From: Pseudoalteromonas translucida KMM 520
GTDB lineage: Bacteria; Pseudomonadota; Gammaproteobacteria; Enterobacterales; Alteromonadaceae
NCBI RefSeq assembly: GCF_001465295.1
Contig: NZ_CP011034.1
Span: 1,770,001-1,802,000, forward strand
Length of the DNA: 32,000 bases
Direction: 5' to 3'
Below the pieces are notes generated by a model, which saw only the letters and a list, made by a program, of their open reading frames with translations, was not told the DNA's origin and searched no databases. Below, one piece after another: positions 1 to 8,615 of the stretch; position 1 is the first letter of the stretch, and each line of letters opens with the position of its first letter. The position numbers were made by a program, and so were the translations under genes.

Positions 1-68
1 GATGACAGCATAAATAAAATACCTGCTGTTGTTGGTATTACTTTATATTTTGAAAATATATTAATCAT
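1..68 (-). CDS. 5' end of an unidentified CDS running off the left edge (MINIFSKYKVIPTTAGILFMLSS...)
   Basis: ATG at 68..66 is preceded by GGAGAG with a 4-nt spacer. The frame stays open to the window edge. Only 22 codons are visible and the N-terminus looks hydrophobic. Confidence 0.3.
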   Translation of the reverse strand, partial: MINIFSKYKVIPTTAGILFMLS

Positions 69-115
69 AAGGCTCTCCAATCATAATTATTAGTAAATTT
101 GGCGTGATTGTACAA

Positions 116-149
116 ATAAAAAAGCGCGAAATATAAATTTAGCGCTTTT
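116..149 (-). terminator. Rho-independent terminator downstream of miaE
   Basis: Arms AAAAGCGC (120..127) and GCGCTTTT (142..149). On the minus strand the hairpin is followed by a TTTTTATTT run. Confidence 0.6.
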
Positions 150-174
150 AAGGGCTTTGTATTAACAGCTCAAA

Positions 175-747
175 CTAATGTAGTGCAGCAGTAAATGGAA
201 TACTTTCACAAATTTTAGCTTCGGCTATTAGTAGCTCTTCTAGGCGTATATCTACTTCTTCTTTATCAAAATACTCATACGCTAGTTCTACAAATAAGTT
301 TTTATGTTTTTCTTCTGATTCGGCAATCGCAATGTAAAACTCTTTTTCTTTGCCCTCTGGTAACGCTTGCGCCACTAAAGAAAAGCGTTCATGCCCTCTT
401 GCCTCAATAACACCACCGACTAATAACCGGTCCATTAAAAAACCGTCGCGTCCGTGTCTAAATAATGCACGTATTTGTTTTATATAAGGGTCTTTTTTGT
501 CGTCACCTAAATTTACATCACGTGAGATTAAAATTTTCAGCACTTCTTTAAAATGAATCATTTCTTCAAGTGCTAAGTCTGCCATGGCTGTAACCAGTTT
601 ACGTTTATCTGGGTAATGCGACAGCATAGACATGGCCATACCCGATGCTTTTTTTTCGGCTGCGGCGTGGTCTTGTAAAAAAGTATCGAAATCATCAAGA
701 ACAACTTCGGTCCATTCAAATGGGGTGTGGTATTTTAATTCAAACAT
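175..747 (-). CDS. miaE: tRNA-(ms2io6A37)-hydroxylase, MiaE family (ferritin-like di-iron)
   Basis: 190 aa. Shows the typical MiaE N-terminus (HTPxEW, FLxDHAxxEKKA) and paired E..H di-iron motifs (EExxHF, EExxH). Confidence 0.85.
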   Translation of the reverse strand: MFELKYHTPFEWTEVVLDDFDTFLQDHAAAEKKASGMAMSMLSHYPDKRKLVTAMADLALEEMIHFKEVLKILISRDVNLGDDKKDPYIKQIRALFRHGRDGFLMDRLLVGGVIEARGHERFSLVAQALPEGKEKEFYIAIAESEEKHKNLFVELAYEYFDKEEVDIRLEELLIAEAKICESIPFTAALH

Positions 748-834
748 GCTCTGTACTACTTATAACAAGGTGTAAAATAATGCGCAGATTTTAGCGTATA
801 TTAGGCAAAAAATCATGCTCCTAAGCCTGCAAAG

Positions 835-1467
835 TTAAACCTTGTAGCGTAACAGTTTATCTATGCGCCCTTTTGCCGTTGATTCAACTTTAAGCGGATG
901 TTTTATATCGTTCCAGGCTGTAACTTTGCCGCCCATATTCATTTTTTCAAAATCTGTTTTATCACTTTTAATCGCTAAAAAATCACAGAGCACTTTGTAG
1001 CTTTGTGGCTTTGCTATATTTATTGATAAAAAACGTTGCTCTTGGTGTTTAAAATAATTTTTAGCATCATTGATATGCGTGTTATAACAATGGGTTAAGT
1101 AACTATCATCGTTTATATTATCAATCGTTAAATTACTAAATGTATTTAAATAGCAATGCTTTATATGAATATTAAAACCACCATCAGCGCGCGTTAAATT
1201 AGTGTGCATACGTAATAATAATTGCTTTATTGATGGTAGCCATACGTTAAGCTCACGCTCTAAATAAATAAACTTTGCATCAGGATAGTACTTATCGAGG
1301 GCTTTATAATCATTAAAAATTGGCGTGTCGGCAATTGCATGGGCGTTATCAAAACAATTGTTTGTGTAGGCAGTATGCGCTGTTGGTATACCAAACTCTA
1401 AAAAGGCATGGCAAACACTTGTAGTGCCTGTTCGCGGTAAACCAATAATAAATATTTTGTTATTCAT
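835..1467 (-). CDS. Sulfotransferase family protein
   Basis: 210 aa. The N-terminal IIGLPRTGTTS matches the PAPS 5'-phosphosulfate-binding loop of sulfotransferases. Lies 10 nt downstream of the MAPEG gene. Confidence 0.7.
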   Translation of the reverse strand: MNNKIFIIGLPRTGTTSVCHAFLEFGIPTAHTAYTNNCFDNAHAIADTPIFNDYKALDKYYPDAKFIYLERELNVWLPSIKQLLLRMHTNLTRADGGFNIHIKHCYLNTFSNLTIDNINDDSYLTHCYNTHINDAKNYFKHQEQRFLSINIAKPQSYKVLCDFLAIKSDKTDFEKMNMGGKVTAWNDIKHPLKVESTAKGRIDKLLRYKV

Positions 1468-1477
1468 ACTATTAAAT

Positions 1478-1852
1478 TTAACTAAAGCGGGTTAATAAAA
1501 TAACTAAAGCACTAATAAGCATAGTTAAAAATGTTGCTATGACACCAATTTGGCGATACTTTAAGTTTTTTTCTACTATGCCAAAATTATGGAAAACACG
1601 GCCTATAAGTAGCATTGCACCAAGTGCATGGCAATAATGGCTCGCTAACCCCTGATATTCTGCTAAAAAAAGCAAAATAATTGCAAACGGTACATATTCC
1701 ATAAAATTACCATGGGCACGAATTGCCCGTTGCAACTGTGGATTTTCACCTTCACCAAGTGATATTTGCGCTGCTCTGCGCACGTTTATTACGTTAAAGC
1801 TTAAGTAAATATAGTAAAATGCAAGTAATGCAGCGTATGTTGAAATGATCAC
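1478..1852 (-). CDS. MAPEG family membrane protein (YecN-like)
   Basis: 124 aa with 3-4 TM segments. Motif RAxRAHGNFxEYxPxxxxL is typical of bacterial MAPEG/YecN proteins. Confidence 0.8.
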   Translation of the reverse strand: MIISTYAALLAFYYIYLSFNVINVRRAAQISLGEGENPQLQRAIRAHGNFMEYVPFAIILLFLAEYQGLASHYCHALGAMLLIGRVFHNFGIVEKNLKYRQIGVIATFLTMLISALVILLTRFS

Positions 1853-1973
1853 AGTATTATCCTAATATTTTTGGCAATAATAACACACAAATTAACGTTC
1901 ATTATCAGAAGTTTAGTTTACAACTATGCTAAAGTATTAATAATACTCTTATACAATAAAGCATAAGGATTTT

Positions 1974-3320
1974 ATGTTTGTACCTCGCAAAGTAGCCGAC
2001 AATTATCGAGAAATGATAAATAGCATTGGTTTTTATCCTTCTTTACTTTCAATTGCATTTTTAACCTTTGCGGTTATTACAATGTCGGTTGAGTATATGC
2101 CCATTATTGAAAAGCTAAAGTCGTTTATATCTGTGGTATTAGTCGATAGCGCCGAAAATGCCCGAACCGTTTTAAGCACCTTAGCTGGCAGTATTATTTC
2201 GTTAACTGTGTTTAGTTTTTCAATGGTAATGGTGGTGTTAAACTCAGCCAGTGCCAGTTTATCGCCGCGCGTAGTACCTGGATTAATTACCCGTAAATCT
2301 CACCAACTGGTATTAGGTTTTTATTTAGGCAGTATTATTTACTCAGTAATTATGCTCATAAATATTAATAAACTCGAGAATGGCGCCATGGCTATACCGG
2401 CACTTGGGGTATTATTTGCGCTTATTTTTGGTTTGATTTCGTTGGGGCTATTTGTATTTTTTATTCACTCTATATCTCGCGCTATTCAAGTAGATAATGT
2501 TTTAAATGGTTTATTTAGCCAAACAAAAAGTGAAATTAAAACCATTATTAAAAGTCAGCAAGAAGCGCCGCTTAAAAACCTCCCCGACTTTACTGATTGG
2601 TATTCTATAAATAGTCAAACTGAAGGCTACTACAAAGGGGTGCACACTGATAAGCTTTGCGCCTTATTATCTACAGAAGAAATTGAGCTTTATATCACTG
2701 TAAAACAAGGTTATTTCACAGTTAAAGGTTATCCATTTTTAAAGTGCAATAAAGATATTTCAAGCAATGATGAGTTAATTACTAAAATTTTAAGCTGCTT
2801 TATTTTTTATATAGAAGAATATATTAGCGACCATTATCGTTATGGTTTAACGCAAATATCAGAAATAGCCGTTAAGGCGATGAGCCCAGGCATAAACGAT
2901 CCGGGTACCGCAGTTAAAGCCATTGATATGTTAAGTATTTTATTAATTAAACGACTTTCAATAAGTGATATTAATTACAGCTTTAAACACAGCAAGGATA
3001 CGCCATTATTATATATACACGAAACTCGCTTTGATGAATTGCTGCATGATAATTTTACCCCGCTACGTAATTACGCTAAAGGCGATGCGTACGTAATGAC
3101 CAATGTGTTAGAAGCATTTAAAAATATATTATTTGTTGCTCACGAAAATTCAGCGGCACGGGAAAGTTTATTTAATTATTTAAATGCTATTGTTGATGAC
3201 ATTAACGAGCATGTAACGAATGAGTACGACAGGCAGGAAATTAATAATATGCTTAAATCAATTGCCCGGATTAGTGAACAACAAGGTGATAACTTACTGA
3301 CACGTTTTAAGCGCCAGTAA
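1974..3320 (+). CDS. DUF2254 domain-containing membrane protein
   Basis: 448 aa. Has N-terminal TM helices with the LSPR motif and a large soluble C-terminal domain. AAGGA Shine-Dalgarno upstream. Confidence 0.7.
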   Translation: MFVPRKVADNYREMINSIGFYPSLLSIAFLTFAVITMSVEYMPIIEKLKSFISVVLVDSAENARTVLSTLAGSIISLTVFSFSMVMVVLNSASASLSPRVVPGLITRKSHQLVLGFYLGSIIYSVIMLININKLENGAMAIPALGVLFALIFGLISLGLFVFFIHSISRAIQVDNVLNGLFSQTKSEIKTIIKSQQEAPLKNLPDFTDWYSINSQTEGYYKGVHTDKLCALLSTEEIELYITVKQGYFTVKGYPFLKCNKDISSNDELITKILSCFIFYIEEYISDHYRYGLTQISEIAVKAMSPGINDPGTAVKAIDMLSILLIKRLSISDINYSFKHSKDTPLLYIHETRFDELLHDNFTPLRNYAKGDAYVMTNVLEAFKNILFVAHENSAARESLFNYLNAIVDDINEHVTNEYDRQEINNMLKSIARISEQQGDNLLTRFKRQ

Positions 3321-3329
3321 GTTATAAGC

Positions 3330-4040
3330 TTAATCTATATAATAAACTGCATAACTAGATGCAGTTATGGTTATTTCACCTGCATGATAGGCATCGGGTA
3401 CATAATTGCTCGGTGTACTATCTGAGATCATCACTTTTTCGGCGCGCATATAAGGGGCCGATTGCACATTTAATGGCTGCATAGATGCGCTATATAAGCC
3501 TTTTAACTCTACCCCAAACTCACTGCTAAATTCTTTAGCTGCATCGCGAGTGTCTTTTATAGCCAGGTTTTGCGCTTTTTTGTAGAGTTCATCGTAATTG
3601 CTTGCTAAAAAGCGCGTATGGTTAATTTCGTTAATACCATTGTTTACTAAGTTTTGTAGTAACTCAGGATATTTATTAATGGCATTAAGCTTAACCGTTA
3701 AAGATCTGCTAACTCTAAAACCTTTAAATTGTTGCTCACCGCTTTCACGATTATATTGGCTTTCTCGGTTTATTGATATTTGCCCGGCATTAATATCTGC
3801 ATCACTTACGCCTAATGCTGTTACTAATTTTATTGCTTTAGCCATGGTTATATCGGTTTTATTTTTTGCAGCAATTAAATCTTTATCTATTTCGGTAATG
3901 CCAACATTTAATAATACATGATCTGGCATGGTGGTAATTGTTGCTTCACCTTTAACATAAATATGCGGTGCATCGGGTGTGGCCGCAGCAAATGCATTAA
4001 AGCTAAGTGCTGCGCCTAACAATAAAGTAAACGTTTTCAT
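3330..4040 (-). CDS. SIMPL/DUF541 periplasmic protein (YggE-like)
   Basis: 236 aa. Signal peptide MKTFTLLLGAALSFNAFAA. SIMPL-like sequence features. AAGGA Shine-Dalgarno. Confidence 0.8.
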   Translation of the reverse strand: MKTFTLLLGAALSFNAFAAATPDAPHIYVKGEATITTMPDHVLLNVGITEIDKDLIAAKNKTDITMAKAIKLVTALGVSDADINAGQISINRESQYNRESGEQQFKGFRVSRSLTVKLNAINKYPELLQNLVNNGINEINHTRFLASNYDELYKKAQNLAIKDTRDAAKEFSSEFGVELKGLYSASMQPLNVQSAPYMRAEKVMISDSTPSNYVPDAYHAGEITITASSYAVYYID

Positions 4041-4204
4041 AAGTGAATCCTTTTATATTAACCATCATACCTGGCTATGTTACTAACTTTATTAAATACG
4101 CAATCATTTATTGGTCACTAATTTAATACGCTTAATGTTTTACAGTTTGCTATATATTAAGCGTATTAAACACTTTAAGTGGTTAATTACAGATGAACAA
4201 GTAC

Positions 4205-4230
4205 AAAAAACAGGCCGTAGCCTGTTTTTT
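4205..4230 (-). terminator. Rho-independent terminator downstream of maeA
   Basis: AACAGGC-cgta-GCCTGTT hairpin flanked by A and T runs, so it is bidirectional in form. Confidence 0.7.
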
Positions 4231-4258
4231 AATTATTACTAAACACTAAGTTACAGCT

Positions 4259-5953
4259 TTAAATGCTACTGCGCTTATAGTTACGGTACTTAGGTAACCA
4301 GTAGTTTTTATCGATAGCAGCCCATAGTGCGTCGTCAGAAATATCAAGAGCAACGCCCTCTTCAATCGCTTTTTTGCCTACAGCAAATGCTATACGTTTA
4401 CTTAGGGTTTCAATTTCTGTAAGTGCCGGTAATAAACTACCTTTGCCAGTATTTGCACGCGGCGATGATTCAGCCAGCATTTCGCTAGAAACACTTAACA
4501 TAGCATCTGTAATACGCGTTGCTTTTGCAGCTATAACACCTAAACCAATTCCCGGGAAAATATAACTATTGTTACACTGCGGAATTGAGAAAGTTTCACC
4601 ATTATATTCAACTGGGGCAAATGGGCTACCTGTAGCAACAAGTGCTTTACCGTCGGTCCAGTTAATAATATCTATTGGGTGTGCTTCTACCTGTTTAGAT
4701 GGATTACTTAATGGGAAAATAATAGGTTGTGCACAACCTGAATACATAGCGCGTATTACTTGTTCGGTAAATAAACCAGGTTGGCCCGAAACACCAATTA
4801 AAATATCTGGTTGAGAGCAATGCATTACATCAAGCAATGACGCAAATTCGCCGCTGTATGTCCATTCACTCAAACGAGCTTGTGGTTGCGCTAAAACTTG
4901 TTGAAAGTCGCGCAGACCTTCCATACCTTCCGATAACAAACCAAAGCGGTCAACCATAAATACCTGGCTGCGTGCTTGCGCTTCGCTAATACCTTCAAAA
5001 ACCATTTGGCTTACAATTTGCTCAGCAATACCACAACCAGCAGAGCCAGCACCAACAAATACTACTTTTTGATCCGCTAGGCGCTGGTTTTTAACTCTAC
5101 ACGCGGCAAGCAATGAGCCAACAGTTACAGCAGCTGTACCTTGAATGTCGTCGTTAAAGCTACAAATTTCATTGCGGTAACGTTTCAGCAGTGGCATTGC
5201 ATTTGGCTGCGCAAAGTCTTCAAACTGTAGTAATACATTTGGCCAGCGACGCTTGATTGCTTTAATAAATAAGTCTAAAAACTCATCGTACTCAGCTTGA
5301 GTAATACGCTTATGACGCGCACCCATATACATAGGATCGTTTAATAGCTTCTCGTTATTTGTACCCACATCTAGCATTACCGGTAAAGTATACGCAGGGC
5401 TAATGCCACCACATGCGGTATACAAAGATAGCTTACCAATAGGAATACCCATGCCACCAATACCTTGGTCGCCTAAGCCTAAAATGCGTTCACCGTCGGT
5501 TACCACAATTACTTTTACTTTACCTTTGGTGGCGTTGCGTAAAATGTCGTCTATTTGAAAACGATTTTCATATGAAATAAATAATCCACGTGCGCTGCGA
5601 TATATATCTGAGAATTTTTCACAGGCATCACCCACAGTTGGGGTGTAAATAATTGGCATCATTTCTTCAATATGATCACGCACTAAACGATAATAAAGTG
5701 TTTCGTTATTATCTTGAATTGCACGTAAATAAATATGCTTATTAAGATTGTCGGTAAAACTAGAATACTGCTGGTAACAACGCTCTACCTGCTCTTCGAT
5801 TGTTTCATAACGAGGAGGCAGTAAACCTGCAATATTAAAATTTTCGCGTTCTTTTTGGCTAAATGCACTGCCTTTATTGAGTAATGGCGTTTCAAGAAGG
5901 CCAGGGCCAGAATGATGAATATAAAGGTAATTTGGATCGGTATTTGTAGTCAT
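4259..5953 (-). CDS. maeA: NAD-dependent malic enzyme
   Basis: 564 aa, collinear with SfcA/MaeA. Motifs seen: [26 protein letters not shown], GAGSAGxGIA. Confidence 0.95.
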   Translation of the reverse strand: MTTNTDPNYLYIHHSGPGLLETPLLNKGSAFSQKERENFNIAGLLPPRYETIEEQVERCYQQYSSFTDNLNKHIYLRAIQDNNETLYYRLVRDHIEEMMPIIYTPTVGDACEKFSDIYRSARGLFISYENRFQIDDILRNATKGKVKVIVVTDGERILGLGDQGIGGMGIPIGKLSLYTACGGISPAYTLPVMLDVGTNNEKLLNDPMYMGARHKRITQAEYDEFLDLFIKAIKRRWPNVLLQFEDFAQPNAMPLLKRYRNEICSFNDDIQGTAAVTVGSLLAACRVKNQRLADQKVVFVGAGSAGCGIAEQIVSQMVFEGISEAQARSQVFMVDRFGLLSEGMEGLRDFQQVLAQPQARLSEWTYSGEFASLLDVMHCSQPDILIGVSGQPGLFTEQVIRAMYSGCAQPIIFPLSNPSKQVEAHPIDIINWTDGKALVATGSPFAPVEYNGETFSIPQCNNSYIFPGIGLGVIAAKATRITDAMLSVSSEMLAESSPRANTGKGSLLPALTEIETLSKRIAFAVGKKAIEEGVALDISDDALWAAIDKNYWLPKYRNYKRSSI

Positions 5954-6054
5954 ATTTCCAAGCTTTACTTAGTCTTAAGTTATGATCTGCCATTATCGGT
6001 GTTAAAGACTAAATTGCAATGCTATTTAACCTTGTCAGACCATTGAGAATATAT

Positions 6055-6090
6055 AAATGCGCTAATTTTAAACAATAGCTTAGCGCATTT
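6055..6090 (-). terminator. Hairpin downstream of ggt (probable terminator)
   Basis: 11-bp arms AAATGCGCTAA / TTAGCGCATTT with a 14-nt loop. The trailing T-run is weak. Confidence 0.45.
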
Positions 6091-6104
6091 GTATTATACA
6101 TAAT

Positions 6105-7883
6105 TTAGAATTTTAAAGTGGCGCTTTTATCAGTTAAATCAGACAAAGCCACCCCTTCACGGCGTGGATCGGCGCCGCCTATTAATGTGTTGTTTTTTAC
6201 TTCAACTGCATGTAAACCAGAGTTTAAATCTAAAATTCTAACATTATGACCACGCTTGCTAAGTGCTGGCGCTAATGCTTCAAGCGCAGTGCCTTTTTCA
6301 AGGCTAGTGTAGTCGTTACGATTAGTAGTACGGGGTAGATTAATTGCTTCTTGAACAGATAAATCCCAATCAAGCACGCCAATTACCACTTGCGCAACGT
6401 AACTAATAATACGGCTTCCGCCAGGAGATCCGACAACCAAACGTAAACTTCCATCTTTATTAAATACCATTACTGGCGACATAGAGCTGCGCGGGCGCTT
6501 GCCAGCTTCAACTCGGTTTGCCACAAGCTGGCCGTTTTTACGCGGCGATAATGAAAAGTCAGTCAGCTGATTATTTAAAATAAAACCATTTACCATTACC
6601 GTAGAGCCAAAAGCCATTTCTATTGAACTGGTCATAGAGACCGCATTGCCTTGGCTATCTACAATCGACACATGGCTGGTTGATGGCAATTCGAACGAGT
6701 CATCTTTTGCATAACTTAAGTAATCAACTGGGTTACCGGCAACGGCCGTTATATCTTGCTCGGTAATGAGTTTTGCGCGCGTGGCTATATAGTCTTTATT
6801 TAATAATGCTTTGGTGGGTACTTGGGTGAAATCGGGATCGCCCATATAAACATCCCGATCGGCAAACGCAATTCTTGATGCTTGGCTAAAGTAATGCAGT
6901 GCTTGCTCACCATTGGCTGGTAGTGCGCCCATGTTTTTATGCTCTAACAAACCAAGCATTTGCAGCACAGCTACCCCACCACTGCTAGGTGGTGCCATAG
7001 AGCATACATTATAAACACGGTACTCAATACATACCGCCTCGCGCTCTTTGCTGGTGTAGTTAGCCAGATCTTGCTCATTTAATTTACCCGGGGCTATTTT
7101 AGAATGTTGCACCGCATTGACCATTTGTTTGGCATTAGCGCCCTTATAAAATGCATCAATACCATTACTGGCAATCTCTTTGTACAAATTAGCTAATGGC
7201 TGATTTTTTTTAATGCTACCTATCGCAACTAATTTACCGTTTGGATAAAAGTAGTCATTAATAACAGGCATACTCATTACGCCTGGGTTCAATTGGCGCT
7301 GCAGTAAACCGCGTAATCGCGGCGAAACCTCAAAGCCTTGCTCTGCAAGCTCAATGGCTGGTGTAAATAAATCAGCCCACGGTAGTTTACCGTATTGTTT
7401 GTGTGCATTAGCAAAGGCATGTAAAACCCCTGGTACACCTACTGAGCGTCCGCCTACTACAGCTTCAATCCACTTCACGGCTTTGCCGTGTTTATTTAAA
7501 AATAGTGTTTCGTCGGCATTTTCTGGGGCGGTTTCGCGGCCATCAAAACTGGTTAATTTGTTGTTTACTTTGTTGTAGTACAGCATAAAGGTGCCGCCAC
7601 CAATACCTGACGATTGTGGTTCTACTAAAGTCAGTACCAGTTGCGTTGCTATTGCAGCATCGACAGCACTGCCGCCTTGCGCCAATATTTGCTGCCCAGC
7701 ACGAGATGCATACGGGTTAGCTGCAACCACCATATACTTTTTGCCACTCACCGCTTGTTTATGGACTAAGCCGGTAGCGGCTTCTGGTTCGCGCGTTTCA
7801 ATTTGAGTAAGCGGCTGTGCAAATAAAGGAAAAGACGTCGCACATAATGTAATAGCAAGTAATGCGTGATGTTTAAAGTTCAT
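6105..7883 (-). CDS. ggt: Gamma-glutamyltransferase
   Basis: 592 aa with a signal peptide. Autoprocessing/nucleophile region STSHVSIVD and GGxxI motifs are typical of Ggt. Confidence 0.95.
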   Translation of the reverse strand: MNFKHHALLAITLCATSFPLFAQPLTQIETREPEAATGLVHKQAVSGKKYMVVAANPYASRAGQQILAQGGSAVDAAIATQLVLTLVEPQSSGIGGGTFMLYYNKVNNKLTSFDGRETAPENADETLFLNKHGKAVKWIEAVVGGRSVGVPGVLHAFANAHKQYGKLPWADLFTPAIELAEQGFEVSPRLRGLLQRQLNPGVMSMPVINDYFYPNGKLVAIGSIKKNQPLANLYKEIASNGIDAFYKGANAKQMVNAVQHSKIAPGKLNEQDLANYTSKEREAVCIEYRVYNVCSMAPPSSGGVAVLQMLGLLEHKNMGALPANGEQALHYFSQASRIAFADRDVYMGDPDFTQVPTKALLNKDYIATRAKLITEQDITAVAGNPVDYLSYAKDDSFELPSTSHVSIVDSQGNAVSMTSSIEMAFGSTVMVNGFILNNQLTDFSLSPRKNGQLVANRVEAGKRPRSSMSPVMVFNKDGSLRLVVGSPGGSRIISYVAQVVIGVLDWDLSVQEAINLPRTTNRNDYTSLEKGTALEALAPALSKRGHNVRILDLNSGLHAVEVKNNTLIGGADPRREGVALSDLTDKSATLKF

Positions 7884-7977
7884 AAAGAGTAAATAGCCTA
7901 AATTATCAGGAGTTAATTGGCATCTTAAAGTTAAACAGGCACAATATGCAAAAATTAATACTAAAAATTACAATTAA

Positions 7978-8562
7978 ATGCTTAATTTACCAGTGCAACC
8001 TCGTTATTTACTTCCTCCTTTATTTTTAATGCTGCTAAGCGTTACTTTTGCCACATTTAATTTGAATGCGTTACTCGAATTTAATCGCGATTTAGTTACT
8101 CAGGGCGAGTTATGGCGAGTTTTTAGCAGCCAATTTGTTCATGCTAACTGGGCACATTTGGCGCTAAACTGCGGCGGTATTATTTTAATTTGGTTACTGC
8201 ATGGCGAATATACGTCGCCAAAACGCTACGCTATTAATATTAGTTTATTGGCACTGTGGTGTGGCTTAGGCGTTTACTGGTTTTGCCCAAGTATTTATAT
8301 TTACACTGGGCTAAGTGCACTGTTACATGGCGTTATTATTTGGGGCGCAGTTAAAGATATAACGCTTGGGCTTAAATCGGGTTATTTATTGTTTATTGGG
8401 GTGTGGCTTAAAATAATATTTGAGCAGCTAAATGGCCCCAATGCCGATATTGGTAAGCTTATAAACTCAACCGTTGCAATTGACGCGCATTTAATTGGTG
8501 CTATTGGCGGTACTTTGTTAGCTGCACCTTTATTAATTAATTATATTAAAAACAAAAACTAA
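7978..8562 (+). CDS. rrtA: Rhombosortase (small rhomboid-family intramembrane serine protease)
   Basis: 194 aa with 6 TM segments. Motifs ELWRxxxxxFxHxxxxHLxxN, catalytic GLSALLHG and AHLIGAIGG. The size fits rhombosortase rather than GlpG. Confidence 0.7.
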   Translation: MLNLPVQPRYLLPPLFLMLLSVTFATFNLNALLEFNRDLVTQGELWRVFSSQFVHANWAHLALNCGGIILIWLLHGEYTSPKRYAINISLLALWCGLGVYWFCPSIYIYTGLSALLHGVIIWGAVKDITLGLKSGYLLFIGVWLKIIFEQLNGPNADIGKLINSTVAIDAHLIGAIGGTLLAAPLLINYIKNKN

Positions 8563-8567
8563 ATATA

Positions 8568-8594
8568 AAAACGCCACTTAAAAGTGGCGTTTTA
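8568..8594. terminator. Bidirectional terminator between rrtA and the S9 peptidase gene
   Basis: AACGCCACTT-aa-AAGTGGCGTT hairpin with an A-run upstream and a T-run downstream. Confidence 0.75.
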
Positions 8595-8615
8595 GGTGTA
8601 GCTTGTTATTAATCG

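Noticed and set aside
3598-3921. Track ORFs lying antisense inside well-supported genes. The full set is 3598..3921, 4374..4565, 4569..4814, 7354..7578, 7591..7806, 11662..11910, 13312..13545, 14792..15106, 14916..15113, 15837..16055, 18015..18230, 22426..22611, 27765..27977, 28022..28450, 29060..29290, 30547..30753 and 30975..31205.
   Set aside because: Each is fully embedded in, or out of frame with, a gene that has clear family motifs. Their translations are low-complexity or biased (Ala/Pro/Ser or Leu/Ile rich), with no recognisable motifs or ribosome-binding sites.
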